From positions 17,671 through 81,670 of the forward strand of contig DATBHE010000074.1 of the NCBI GenBank assembly GCA_036557605.1: a DNA stretch of 64,000 nucleotides, read 5' to 3'. Position 1 is the first letter of the stretch, and each line of letters opens with the position of its first letter. Under the pieces are notes generated by a model. That model was not told the DNA's origin and made no database searches. It saw only the letters and a list, made by a program, of their open reading frames with translations. A program made the translations under genes and the position numbers. Below are positions 28,341 through 38,455 of the stretch, in pieces. The stretch comes from Pseudolabrys sp. Lineage in GTDB: Bacteria; Pseudomonadota; Alphaproteobacteria; Rhizobiales; Xanthobacteraceae.

Positions 28341-28880
28341 ATGGCAGCCAAGGCGAAACCGGCAGACGCTGAACAAGACGACAAGCCGGAAGACGAAACC
28401 GAGCAACCGGCATCGACGTCCAAATTCAAGTTCAATCTGAAGTTCAAGATGCCGTCGCTGAAATGGATGATCATTGGCGGCGCCGGCCTTCTTGTTCTCA
28501 TCGGCGGTGGCGGCGGCGCCTACTATTTCCTGAAGGGATCCGGGCACAAGGAACCGCAAGTTGCGGCCAAGCCGGCCACTTTCGTCGATTTGCCCGACGT
28601 GCTCGTCAACCTTTCGAATTCCGGCGGCGACCGCACCCAATATCTCAAGGTCAAAATCGTCCTTGAACTGCCGGATTCGAGTCTGGTGCCGCAAATTCAG
28701 CCCCTGATGCCGCGGGTCATGGATGCCTTTCAGACCTATCTGCGGGAGCTGCGGCCGACCGATCTCGACGGTTCGGCAGGCCTGTATCGCCTAAAGGAAG
28801 AACTGACGCGCCGCGTCAACGCTGCGGTCGCGCCCAACCACATCACGGCGGTGCTGTTCAAGGAAATCGTCGTCCAATGA
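28341..28880 (+). CDS. fliL: Flagellar basal body protein FliL
   Basis: Single TM, FVDLPDVLVNL, YLKVKI.LE, DGSAGLYRLKEEL..RVN. Confidence 0.94.
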   Translation: MAAKAKPADAEQDDKPEDETEQPASTSKFKFNLKFKMPSLKWMIIGGAGLLVLIGGGGGAYYFLKGSGHKEPQVAAKPATFVDLPDVLVNLSNSGGDRTQYLKVKIVLELPDSSLVPQIQPLMPRVMDAFQTYLRELRPTDLDGSAGLYRLKEELTRRVNAAVAPNHITAVLFKEIVVQ

Positions 28881-28917
28881 CGGCAAGCGCGAAGTAAGAA
28901 GCAGGCGGCTCGGAACA

Positions 28918-30123
28918 ATGGCGACAAAAGACCAGATCGACCAGGACGCACTCGCCGCAGAATGGGGACTTGCGCTGGAGTCGGATACCGGCGCTGCTCC
29001 GGCGAATTCAGACGCAACCGCTGCATCCGCAGATGATGCAGCCGCGCAATGGGCGGCAATGGCCGACGATCCGGGTGGTTTGCAATCCGCAAAGGGCGGA
29101 GCTGAGCGCATTCTCAACCAGGAAGAAATCGACAGCCTGCTCGGCTTCAGCCTTGCTGATGTCTCGCTCAACGACAATTCCGGCATCCGCGCCATCATCG
29201 ACTCGGCGATGGTGTCCTATGAACGGTTGCCGATGCTGGAAATCGTCTTCGACCGCCTTGTGCGGTTGATGACAACGAGCTTGCGAAATTTCACCTCCGA
29301 CAACGTCGAAGTCTCGCTCGACCGCATCACCTCGGTACGCTTCGGCGACTACCTCAATTCTATCCCGCTGCCGGCTATTCTCGCGGTCTTCAAGGCCGAA
29401 GAATGGGATAACTTCGGCCTCGCAACCATAAATTCGAGCCTGATCTACTCGATCATCGACGTTCTCCTTGGCGGCCGCCGAGGGCAGAGCTCGATCCGGG
29501 TCGAGGGCCGGCCTTACACGACGATCGAAACGAATCTGGTCAAACGTATGATCGAAGTCGTGCTGGCGGATGCCGAGCTTGCTTTCAAGCCGCTGTCACC
29601 GGTGAAATTCAATATCGATCGTCTGGAAACCAACCCGCGATTTGCCGCCATTTCGAGACCTGCCAATGCCGCAATTCTGGTGCGGTTGCGCATCGATATG
29701 GAAGACCGCGGCGGGACCATCGAGTTGTTGCTGCCCTACGCTACCATCGAGCCGATACGTGCCGTGTTGCTGCAGATGTTCATGGGCGAAAAGTTCGGCC
29801 GCGACGAGATCTGGGAAGGACATCTCGCGACCGAAATAGGGCAGGCACAGATCGGCGTTGACGCCGTTCTCTACGAAGCACAGCTGCCATTGCGTCGGAT
29901 GATGGGACTCAATGTCGGCGATACGCTCATGCTTGAGATCAAGCCTGAAGCAATGGTTTCCGTGCGATGCGGCGACATCACGCTGACGGAGGGCCGCATG
30001 GGGCGTGTCGGCGATCGGGTTGCCGTTCGCGTCTCGAAGCCGTTGCGCAAGCCGCGCACGACCTTCGCCATGTTCGAAAAAGCCGATGAGACAACAACCA
30101 CCACTCCAATGGAGGTTCCGTGA
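28918..30123 (+). CDS. fliM: Flagellar motor switch protein FliM
   Basis: LNQEEIDSLL, ERLPMLEIVFDR, C-terminal SpoA domain. Confidence 0.96.
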   Translation: MATKDQIDQDALAAEWGLALESDTGAAPANSDATAASADDAAAQWAAMADDPGGLQSAKGGAERILNQEEIDSLLGFSLADVSLNDNSGIRAIIDSAMVSYERLPMLEIVFDRLVRLMTTSLRNFTSDNVEVSLDRITSVRFGDYLNSIPLPAILAVFKAEEWDNFGLATINSSLIYSIIDVLLGGRRGQSSIRVEGRPYTTIETNLVKRMIEVVLADAELAFKPLSPVKFNIDRLETNPRFAAISRPANAAILVRLRIDMEDRGGTIELLLPYATIEPIRAVLLQMFMGEKFGRDEIWEGHLATEIGQAQIGVDAVLYEAQLPLRRMMGLNVGDTLMLEIKPEAMVSVRCGDITLTEGRMGRVGDRVAVRVSKPLRKPRTTFAMFEKADETTTTTPMEVP

Positions 30124-30551
30124 GCTACCATTACGGTTTTCTGGTCGAGACCATGGTTTCGGTCCTGCTGCTGCTCACGATCCTGTATTGCGTCCGGCTC
30201 AACAAGCAGCTTCGTCTTCTTAAGGCTGATGAGAGCTCGCTGCGTGCGACAATCTCCGAGCTGGTGACAGCGACAGAAATTGCCGAGCGCGCGATTGCCG
30301 GGCTGAAAACGATGATGCATCAGGGCGAGCAAGCATTGGGCGAGAAACTCGAAAGAGGTGAGGTGCTTTCTGCCGAGCTGAATCTCCATCTGAGTGCGGG
30401 CAATCAACTGCTGGCGAGGCTTGTGCGTATCGCCGGCGTTTCCCGCCCACCGGGTGATTCTCCAGCGGTTCAAGATGCCAAGGCCGTAGCGGCGGCCGCG
30501 CAGGCATTCGCCGACCGCGCGCGCATGCGACTGAGCGACCAGGCCGCATGA
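30120..30551 (+). CDS. DUF6468 domain protein
   Basis: N-terminal TM (VSVLLLLTILYC.RLNKQL..LK) plus coiled coil; coupled to fliM. Confidence 0.75.
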   Translation: MSYHYGFLVETMVSVLLLLTILYCVRLNKQLRLLKADESSLRATISELVTATEIAERAIAGLKTMMHQGEQALGEKLERGEVLSAELNLHLSAGNQLLARLVRIAGVSRPPGDSPAVQDAKAVAAAAQAFADRARMRLSDQAA

Positions 30552-31420
30552 CCCGATTTGCACGCGACGTCCGGCTGATTCCGATCGTGCTCTTCGCCAC
30601 GGTCAGCTTGCTCGCCCTCAAAGTATCCGGCCTGGTGTTCGACGGCGGCTATACCCTCGCCGAGCGGATGCAGGCGCGATACAGGGGCGACTTGAGGATC
30701 ACGTCGGCGGACAGCGTGCCTGATCAGCCAAAAATCGTTTTTGCGGACAGAGAGGGAAAGGGAGACGGCAAACGCCCGGTCCAATCCTGGGCCCAGGAAA
30801 TGTTCCGATTCAATGAAGGCAGCACAGGCGACGTTACCGGATCGGTCGGCGCTGAAGAAAAACCGAGCGATCCCGCGCTCAGGGTAAGTGACAAACCGCC
30901 CGATGCGACAAAGCTGGAAATGGCGGGAGCTGCCATTCCACTTGAGCCCGGCCGAATTGCCTCACCGGGCGAGCGTGCGATTCTGGAGCGCCTTCAAAGC
31001 CGCAGGCAGGAGCTCGATACCCGCAACCGCGAGCTGGAGATGAGGGAAAATCTGCTCAAGGCTGCGGAGAAACGACTTGAGGCCAAAGTGGCCGAACTCA
31101 AAAATACGGAAAGCCGCGTCAGCACTGCAATGGGTACGCGTGACAAGGTGGAGGCTGAGCGTTTCAAAAGCATCGTTTCCATGTATGAGAACATGAAGTC
31201 CAAGGATGCAGCTCGGATTTTCGACCGGCTCGACATGAAAATTCTGGTCGATGTTTCCACGCAGATAAATCCCCGGAAGATGTCTGAAATCCTTGGGCAA
31301 ATGTCGCCTGAAACGGCCGAGCGACTGACTGTCGAGCTTGCTAACCGGGCCAGTGCACAGCCGAAGACGCAAAGCCCAGATCAGTTGCCGAAAATCGAGG
31401 GCAAGCCTACGGCCAATTGA
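30548..31420 (+). CDS. motE: MotE family (FlbB-like) protein
   Basis: TM, coiled coil, then IVSMYENMKSKDAARIF and KMSEILGQMSPETAERLT (MgtE_N-like MotE signature). Confidence 0.8.
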   Translation: MTRFARDVRLIPIVLFATVSLLALKVSGLVFDGGYTLAERMQARYRGDLRITSADSVPDQPKIVFADREGKGDGKRPVQSWAQEMFRFNEGSTGDVTGSVGAEEKPSDPALRVSDKPPDATKLEMAGAAIPLEPGRIASPGERAILERLQSRRQELDTRNRELEMRENLLKAAEKRLEAKVAELKNTESRVSTAMGTRDKVEAERFKSIVSMYENMKSKDAARIFDRLDMKILVDVSTQINPRKMSEILGQMSPETAERLTVELANRASAQPKTQSPDQLPKIEGKPTAN

Positions 31421-31441
31421 TCTCTCCGGCGGGGCCCACGG

Positions 31442-31456
31442 TTAACGCCGCGTTAA
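31442..31456 (+). promoter_or_regulatory. Perfect CtrA box
   Basis: TTAA cgccgcg TTAA, 53 bp upstream of the TPR gene. Confidence 0.75.
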
Positions 31457-31508
31457 ACGCCCAACCTTAGGCTGCCGTGGCTGGCATTTTCGCCGGCCGG
31501 AACGGGTC

Positions 31509-34500
31509 ATGACGTTTTTGCCATTCAGGCTTAAGCGGCTGTTCGTGCGCAAACGCGCGCGCTCGTGTCCACGCATCAATATAAGACAGACGATCACGGC
31601 AATAGCCGGACTTGCTTTCGCTTGTGTGCTTGCGTCTGCCCACGAAGCGAGCGCTGACGATCCGATCAAAGGCGAGGTCAAGGCAATTTCCGACGGCGGC
31701 TTTGTGCGGCTGCTCTTTCATTTCGATGAGGCCGTCGAAGCCACTGTCCGCGTTTCGGGTGCGATCATCATCATCAACTTCAAGAAGCCGGTCGCTGTGG
31801 CCGTTGAAAAGCTTAATGCGGCAGCTCCGGACTATGTCAGCGCTGCGCGGCGGGATCCGGACGGAGGCGCAATTCGGATCGCACTGACGCGCAAGGCGAA
31901 AGTTAATACGATTGCTGCAGCCGAACGGCTCTACATCGACCTTCTGCCCGACACCTGGAAGGGAGCGGCACCTGGGCTGCCGCAGGAGGTGATCGACGAA
32001 CTTGTGCGGCGTGCTCGCGAGGCCGAAAGCCAGTTACATCAGCAGCGAATTGCCGACAAGCAAAGGAAGCCGCCAGTCGTCCGCGTGAAGGTCGCGGTGC
32101 AGCCTACCTTTATCCGTTACACTTTTACGATGCCCGGTACGGTCAATGTCGTTCCTGAACGCGCCGACGGCAGGGTGACGCTTAATTTTGACCAGCAGGT
32201 CAACTGGGATCTCGCCGACGCAAAAGCGTCATTACCGGCGACAGTAAAGTCGATCGAATCCGAGGTCGACTTTGAAGCCGTGGCTGTCGTCTTTACGCTC
32301 AACGGAACACCGCAGGTCCGGACGTTCCGCGAAGATCGAAGCATCATTGTCGATATCGGGACCGATGGCGCTGCCAAACCAAAGTCGACAGAGGGAAGCG
32401 CGAAACAGCCTGTCGTAGCTGAGGGGGCACCTGCGACCGTGCGGCCCGAGACGAAAGCTGCGAGCGAGGGGGCGACGCCGGCCGACCCAAGAGCGGCAGC
32501 TGCCGTGTCCCCAGCCATAAAGTCCGTGCCGGTTCAGGAAACACCCGTTGAGCAGGCAAAAAGGAAGGATTCGCCGGCTGCGATCATCGAAGCCCATGGG
32601 GCGTCACCATCTGAGCCAAAGGAGCCAGCGGAAGCCCCATCCGCACAGACCGTGCCCGCGGCATCACCGGTTACGACTCCCGCGTCTCCGGCTCTATCGC
32701 CTGCAGCAGCGCAAGCCGATGCGGGTCCGGCTCCCGCATCTGCCGCGCCAGCGGAGATCGCCAGGTCGACACAGCGCGCACCGGCAGCGCAATCTGTTTT
32801 GCCTGCGCCCAATCCCAACGCCGTCGTCGTGGCGGGTGTACGGCAATCCGGCGAGACGATGCGTCTCGCGTTTCCTTTTGCGGTTGCAACACCTGCTGCG
32901 GTCTTCCAACGCGCGGAGACAATGTGGCTAGTGTTCGACACGCCGGCGCAGATCGATTTAACCGCATTACAAGCTGAGAACGATAACGGCGTGCGAGAAG
33001 TGCTGTTCGATCGCGCAAAAGACGGCGCTGCGATTATCCGTCTCAAGTTGACGCGGCCTAGAATGAGCAGCCTTGCCGCCGATGGGCCGGGCTGGACCGT
33101 CACGATCGCCGATTCGATCACGGAATCTTCGCGGCCGCTTACTGTTGCGCGCAGCATTGTCGGCAAGAATCGCGCAAGTCTGGCCATTCCGTTCGATGAT
33201 CCCCGTGCCATTCATGACATCACGGATCCGGATGTTGGCGACCGGCTGATGATCGTCACCGCACTGGCACCGGCGCGCGGCTTCCTCAAGGCGCAGGACT
33301 TCGTTGAACTGCGTGCCTTGCCTTCAACGCATGGGATTGTGGTGCAACCCATTGCTGATGACATCACCGCGGAGCTTGGAGCCGACAAGATCAGTATCAG
33401 CCGGCCCGCCGGACTGTCGTTGTCCGCGACAGCGCTCGGCCAACAGCCGGTGACGACCAATTTCCGGGCTTATACGTTCGACACCCAGTTATGGGGCTAT
33501 GACCGCGATGCGCCGTTCAATTCCCGTCAGGCCGAATTGATCCGGCTCGCCGCCGCAGCGCCTCTATCGAAGCGTCGGCATGCCCGGCTGAATCTTGCTC
33601 GCTTCTATCTTGCGAAGGACATGGCGCCGGAAGCCAAGGCGGTGCTCGATTTGGCGCTTTCCGATCAGCGCGGATCGGAAGACGTGACAGGCAGCGTTCT
33701 AACTGCCGTCGCCGATGTGATGCTCGATCGCCCGGAAGAGGCACTCAAGGTTCTGGCCAAACCACAGGTCGGGAACCAACAGGATGCGCCCGTCTGGCGG
33801 GCTATTGCTTTGGCACGCCAGGGGCGGTGGTCCGACGCACAAAAGATTTTCAAGACCATAGGCGCAGCTATCGGCGCCCTGCCGATCGAACTGCAGCGTA
33901 TGGCGATGAAGGAGGAATTACGATCGGCCATTGAGTTGCGCGATTTCAATATGGCCACGAAGGTCGCCAGCGAAATTGAGACCGTCGGCGTGAGCGCGGC
34001 ACTGGAGCCGACGATCAATGTGTTGATCGGCCGGCTATATGAAGGTCTCGGACGAAACGAGGATGCGCTCTCGAGCTATCGAGCGGCGGCAACATCGGGC
34101 AACCGGCGAGCTGCTGCGCAGGGACGCCTGCGCGAAATCATACTCACGTTTGCGAGCGGAGGCATTGGGCGCAAAGATGTCATCAATGACCTTGAAACGT
34201 TGACGACGGTATGGCGCGGCGATGAGACGGAGACTGAAGGCCTTAAAGTGCTTGCGCATCTTTATACCGAAGATAGCCGATACCGTGACGCCTTCCATGT
34301 CATGCGTACGGCTCTGCTTGCCCATCCCAATTCGGATATGACGCGCAAGATTCAGGATGAGGCTGCTGGCACGTTCGAAAGCCTTTTCCTTGGCGGCAAG
34401 GGAGAGGCGCTTCCGCCGATTGAGGCCCTCGGCCTCTTCTATGATTTCCGCGAACTGACTCCGATCGGGCGGCGGGGTGACGAAATGATCCGCAGGCTCG

Positions 34501-35372
34501 CCGACAGGCTGGTCTCAGTTGATCTTCTCGATCAAGCGGCCGAGTTGCTCCAGCACCAGGTCGATCATCGTCTGCAGGGCGCGGCCCGCGCCCAGGTCGC
34601 AACGCGCCTTGCTGTTGTCTATTTGATGAATCGCAAGCCGGATCGGGCGCTGGCTACGCTGCAGGCAACGCGCGTGTCCGACCTGTCAAACGACCTGCGC
34701 GACCAACGGTTGCTGCTCGAAGCGCGGGCCTTATCCAACATAGGGCGGCACGAGCTGGCGCTTGAATTGATTGTCAACGTCAGCAGCCGCGAAGCGATAC
34801 GATTGCGGTCGGATATATTATGGGCAGCGCGCCGCTGGCGAGACGCCGGTGAGCAGATCGAGCTGTTTTACGGCAATCGCTGGCGAGAGTTCGCACCGTT
34901 GAATGAGATCGAGCGCTCGGACATCTCGCGCGCGGCGATTTGTTACGCGCTCAGCGAGGAAGCGATTGGCGTAGCGCGTCTGCGCGAGAAGTATGAAGCA
35001 AAGTTTGCCGACGGTCCGGATCGCCGTGCTTTTGAGGTCGTGACTGCGCCCGTCGGCACGAGCGGCACTGAATTCCAGGATATTGCCAAAAAGATTGCAA
35101 GCATCGACACTCTTGATGCGTTCCTTCGCGATCTTGGGACGCGCTATCCGGATGCATCAGCGGCGCCGGCGGGCGAGGGGGCTACCGCCGCCGCCGGTAA
35201 CGGCAAGGCTGCGACAAGCAATGGAAGTGCTGGGGCGACAACTGGCGCCGAGACCCCGAATGCGGCGTCTTCCCCGTTGCCTCCAAAAGCGCCGGCCGGC
35301 GTGCCGCTCAAGCCCGATAAAGAGCCGACCGGCTCGATCCGGCAACTGCCCAAGCGCGCGACGGCACGCTGA
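31509..35372 (+). CDS. Large exported tetratricopeptide-repeat protein of the flagellar locus
   Basis: Signal-like N-terminus, repeated beta-rich modules, Ala/Pro linker, C-terminal helical TPR-like repeats. Confidence 0.8.
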   Translation: MTFLPFRLKRLFVRKRARSCPRINIRQTITAIAGLAFACVLASAHEASADDPIKGEVKAISDGGFVRLLFHFDEAVEATVRVSGAIIIINFKKPVAVAVEKLNAAAPDYVSAARRDPDGGAIRIALTRKAKVNTIAAAERLYIDLLPDTWKGAAPGLPQEVIDELVRRAREAESQLHQQRIADKQRKPPVVRVKVAVQPTFIRYTFTMPGTVNVVPERADGRVTLNFDQQVNWDLADAKASLPATVKSIESEVDFEAVAVVFTLNGTPQVRTFREDRSIIVDIGTDGAAKPKSTEGSAKQPVVAEGAPATVRPETKAASEGATPADPRAAAAVSPAIKSVPVQETPVEQAKRKDSPAAIIEAHGASPSEPKEPAEAPSAQTVPAASPVTTPASPALSPAAAQADAGPAPASAAPAEIARSTQRAPAAQSVLPAPNPNAVVVAGVRQSGETMRLAFPFAVATPAAVFQRAETMWLVFDTPAQIDLTALQAENDNGVREVLFDRAKDGAAIIRLKLTRPRMSSLAADGPGWTVTIADSITESSRPLTVARSIVGKNRASLAIPFDDPRAIHDITDPDVGDRLMIVTALAPARGFLKAQDFVELRALPSTHGIVVQPIADDITAELGADKISISRPAGLSLSATALGQQPVTTNFRAYTFDTQLWGYDRDAPFNSRQAELIRLAAAAPLSKRRHARLNLARFYLAKDMAPEAKAVLDLALSDQRGSEDVTGSVLTAVADVMLDRPEEALKVLAKPQVGNQQDAPVWRAIALARQGRWSDAQKIFKTIGAAIGALPIELQRMAMKEELRSAIELRDFNMATKVASEIETVGVSAALEPTINVLIGRLYEGLGRNEDALSSYRAAATSGNRRAAAQGRLREIILTFASGGIGRKDVINDLETLTTVWRGDETETEGLKVLAHLYTEDSRYRDAFHVMRTALLAHPNSDMTRKIQDEAAGTFESLFLGGKGEALPPIEALGLFYDFRELTPIGRRGDEMIRRLADRLVSVDLLDQAAELLQHQVDHRLQGAARAQVATRLAVVYLMNRKPDRALATLQATRVSDLSNDLRDQRLLLEARALSNIGRHELALELIVNVSSREAIRLRSDILWAARRWRDAGEQIELFYGNRWREFAPLNEIERSDISRAAICYALSEEAIGVARLREKYEAKFADGPDRRAFEVVTAPVGTSGTEFQDIAKKIASIDTLDAFLRDLGTRYPDASAAPAGEGATAAAGNGKAATSNGSAGATTGAETPNAASSPLPPKAPAGVPLKPDKEPTGSIRQLPKRATAR

Positions 35373-35441
35373 CCGAAATTCCTTGTTCTCCTTTGAACGG
35401 CTCCGGCAGTGCCCTCCCGGCGCGCGTGCGATATCCGATTG

Positions 35442-36725
35442 TCAGTTCAGAACCAGACGCGGCAACCAAAGAGACAGCGCCGGAATATAGGTGACCAGAA
35501 AGAGCACAATCAGCATTGGGATGTAAAATACCAGTATGCTCCTCGAGACGGCCTCCATTGAGACCTTTCCAATCGCACATCCGACGACCATGGTCGGACC
35601 GACCGGCGGCGTTAGTAACCCGATGCCAAGATTGAGGATCATGATGATGCCGAAATGGATCGGGTCAACCCCAAATGACTTGATCACCGGCAGGAAGATC
35701 GGGGTGCAGATCAAGAGCATCGGTGCGAGGTCCATGAATGTGCCGAGAAGAAGCAACAGCACATTGACCCAGAGCAAAAAGGTGTATTTGTCGCTCGAAA
35801 TATCGACAAAGAACTTTGTGGCGATCGCCGGCACTTGCAACAGCGCCATCATGTAGCCGAATGCGATCGAGAATCCGATCATGATCATGACCATGCCGAT
35901 CGTGCGGATGACGCGGCCTATCAGTTTCGGGATCTCGCTCCAGCCGACATCTCGATAGACAAACATCGTTACGAGAAACGCGTAAACGCACGCGACCGCG
36001 CCGGACTCCGTCGGCGTAAAGACGCCCGATAGAATGCCGCCGAGGATGATCACGACGGTCACCATGCCCCAGACGGCATCAAGGGCAATTTTGCCGGCCT
36101 CACGCAACGAGACAAACTCGCCTTTAGGGAAATTCTCCCGGTGAGCGATGATCAGGACGAGAACAACCAGTGAGAGGCCCAGCAGCAGCGCCGGAATGAT
36201 TCCGGCCATGAACAGGTGCGCGACCGAAATCGTGCCGCCGGCTGCGATCGAATAGATGATCATGTTGTGTGAGGGCGGTACCAGAAGCGGTTGCAGCGAG
36301 CCGGAAATCGTAACATTCACAGCGAACAGACGCGGATAGCCCATCTTGATCATCTGCGGGATCATGACGCCGCCGACGGCGGCCGTGTCCGCCACCGAGG
36401 AACCCGAAATGCAGCCGAACATCGTCGAAGCCACGATGTTGACGAGCGCCATGCCGCCTCGGATGGCGCCGACAAAGACCTTGGCGAGATTGATCAGCCG
36501 GGCCGCCATTCCGCCGACGGCCATGATCGCGCCGGTCAAGATGAAGAACGGGATTGCCAACAGCGAAAAACCGCTCATGCCGCCGGCGACTTTGAGCATC
36601 ACCGCCTCGAGCGGAATGCCGGAGTAAAGGGCGCTGAGAATTGCGGCAATACCGAGCGCATAAGCCACGGGCATGCCGATGAGGCAAACAACGGTAAAGC
36701 TGCCAACGAGAATGAGAATATCCAT
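35442..36725 (-). CDS. dctM: TRAP transporter large permease
   Basis: LLAIPFFILTG, GSSVADTAA, PPSHNMIIY, TPPVG. Confidence 0.95.
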   Translation of the reverse strand: MDILILVGSFTVVCLIGMPVAYALGIAAILSALYSGIPLEAVMLKVAGGMSGFSLLAIPFFILTGAIMAVGGMAARLINLAKVFVGAIRGGMALVNIVASTMFGCISGSSVADTAAVGGVMIPQMIKMGYPRLFAVNVTISGSLQPLLVPPSHNMIIYSIAAGGTISVAHLFMAGIIPALLLGLSLVVLVLIIAHRENFPKGEFVSLREAGKIALDAVWGMVTVVIILGGILSGVFTPTESGAVACVYAFLVTMFVYRDVGWSEIPKLIGRVIRTIGMVMIMIGFSIAFGYMMALLQVPAIATKFFVDISSDKYTFLLWVNVLLLLLGTFMDLAPMLLICTPIFLPVIKSFGVDPIHFGIIMILNLGIGLLTPPVGPTMVVGCAIGKVSMEAVSRSILVFYIPMLIVLFLVTYIPALSLWLPRLVLN

Positions 36726-36735
36726 GAATGGCCTG

Positions 36736-37257
36736 TTATTCCGTCGTCAGGCCGCTGACGGTCTCTGCTTCAGGCTCGGCAAAGAATTTCTGCGTCATGA
36801 ACCGTTCAATGACGAGAAGTGCCGTCAGCCCTCCGCCGATCGGTATAGGGAGATAAGTGATGCCCACCCTCAGTAATGGGAATTCGGCAATCGTCTGATT
36901 CCAGGTCGCCTCGACCAGTTTGATGCCCCATATCAGCATGAAGATGTTTGTCACGAGCATGCACAGTTCGAGCATCCAGCCGAGATAAGACTTCGCCGGC
37001 CCCTTGAGAAAAGCAGGAAGCACCCCGACGCCGATGTGCAGATATTCGCGATAACAGACGACCGCCGAGAGAAACGACAGTACGATCATCAGCAGGATCG
37101 CCATGGGCTCAGGCCATGAGGCGGCGCTGTTGAGGACGAAGCGGCAAAAGACGCCGTATGGAATGATCAGCGTTATGATGACAAGACAGGCGCCGGCCAC
37201 GAACTCGCAGGCGCGATGCAGCGAATCCATCGCCCGGATGTATTGTGCTTTCATCAT
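36736..37257 (-). CDS. dctQ: TRAP transporter small permease
   Basis: Four TM, RFVLN...SWPE, HIGV. Confidence 0.92.
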   Translation of the reverse strand: MMKAQYIRAMDSLHRACEFVAGACLVIITLIIPYGVFCRFVLNSAASWPEPMAILLMIVLSFLSAVVCYREYLHIGVGVLPAFLKGPAKSYLGWMLELCMLVTNIFMLIWGIKLVEATWNQTIAEFPLLRVGITYLPIPIGGGLTALLVIERFMTQKFFAEPEAETVSGLTTE

Positions 37258-37272
37258 GTCCCCGTGAAAACC

Positions 37273-37310
37273 GGCCAGGTCCGCTGCGATAAGCCCGCGT
37301 GAACCTGGCC
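37273..37310. other. Intercistronic stem-loop between dctP and dctQ
   Basis: GGCCAGGT ... ACCTGGCC inverted repeat. Confidence 0.4.
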
Positions 37311-37329
37311 AGTCAGATGGTCTGCAGCT

Positions 37330-38319
37330 CTATTTCACTTCCTGGATACGCTTGACCGTCTCGGCGTACTTCGGGCCGTACTTATCCCAAACCGGCTTGA
37401 CCGCATCCTGGAAAGCCTTTTTGTCGGAATCGGAGATCGGGATGATCTGAATGCCGGCGGCTTTGGCCTTGTCCATTGCCTGCCTTTCATAAGCTTCCCA
37501 AAGCTTGCGTTCTTCTTGCTGTGCTTCCTTCGAGAATTTGACAAGTGCAGCCTGGTCCTCCTTCGACATGGCATCCCAGGCCTTCTTCGAGAACACGAGC
37601 ATTTCCGGCACGATCAGATGCTCGTCCACCGTATAGAACTTTGCGACCTGAAAATGATTGTCGAACACGAAACTCGGCGGATTGTTTTCGGCGCCGTCAA
37701 CCACGCCGGTTTGCAGGGCGTTGAAAACCTGATCGTATCCCATCGCAACGCCATTGCCGCCCATCGAGTTGGCCATGTCGACAAACATCGGATTACCCAT
37801 GACCCGGAATTTCAGTCCCTTGAGATCGGCAATGGTCTTGATGGGCTTCTTGGTGTTGTAAAAGTTGCGGGCACCGGCATCCATCCAGCATAGACCGATC
37901 AGGCCCTTGCCGCTGTTGGTGACCTTGTCGAGCAACTCCTGGCCGATCGGCCCATCGATTACCTTTTGCATGTGAGTCGTATTGCGAAAAACGTACGGCA
38001 GATTGAAAACGTTCAGATCGTCGATGACCGGTCCGAGCGCACCCACCGACACACGCGCGAACGCAATCGCGCCGACTTGCGCCTGCTCGATCGCCTCCTT
38101 TTCTCCGCCGAGTTGCATCGACGGATACATCTGGACACTGTAGCGACCGTTCGTCGCCGCCGAGAGTTTCTTCCCGAGGTTTTCGACCGCGACTACGGTC
38201 GGATAGCCGGCTGGATGAACATCAGAAGCTTTAAGAATGGTTTGAGCAAGTGCGGTGCTGGAAAGATGCGCCGCAGCCAGAAAGCCGGCGGCAGAGATCG
38301 CAGCGCGGACCTTCATCAT
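37330..38319 (-). CDS. dctP: TRAP substrate-binding protein, probably for sugar acids/uronates
   Basis: ASDVHP.GYPTV, QLGGEKE, GARNFY, KFRVM (conserved Arg), DGAENN; next to udh. Confidence 0.92.
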   Translation of the reverse strand: MMKVRAAISAAGFLAAAHLSSTALAQTILKASDVHPAGYPTVVAVENLGKKLSAATNGRYSVQMYPSMQLGGEKEAIEQAQVGAIAFARVSVGALGPVIDDLNVFNLPYVFRNTTHMQKVIDGPIGQELLDKVTNSGKGLIGLCWMDAGARNFYNTKKPIKTIADLKGLKFRVMGNPMFVDMANSMGGNGVAMGYDQVFNALQTGVVDGAENNPPSFVFDNHFQVAKFYTVDEHLIVPEMLVFSKKAWDAMSKEDQAALVKFSKEAQQEERKLWEAYERQAMDKAKAAGIQIIPISDSDKKAFQDAVKPVWDKYGPKYAETVKRIQEVK

Positions 38320-38408
38320 GGATATTCCTCCCGAGCATGTGTGGATCGCGGCTTTACGTGGATTGTGGACAGCCAAGATTCATTGAACCAGTTCACTGTG
38401 CGTGCTAA

Positions 38409-38429
38409 TCATCAGGTCATATGATGACC
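38409..38429. promoter_or_regulatory. Candidate GntR/FadR operator
   Basis: Nested inverted repeats TCATCA-N7-TGATGA and GGTCAT-ATG-ATGACC between the divergent dctP and regulator genes. Confidence 0.5.
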
Positions 38430-38455
38430 GTACCTTCAAGCGAGATGTCAAGACG

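Noticed and set aside
32380-32820. Ala/Pro-rich stretch in the TPR gene considered as a DNA tandem repeat
   Set aside because: Low complexity at the protein level only; no repeated nucleotide unit, consistent with a disordered linker.
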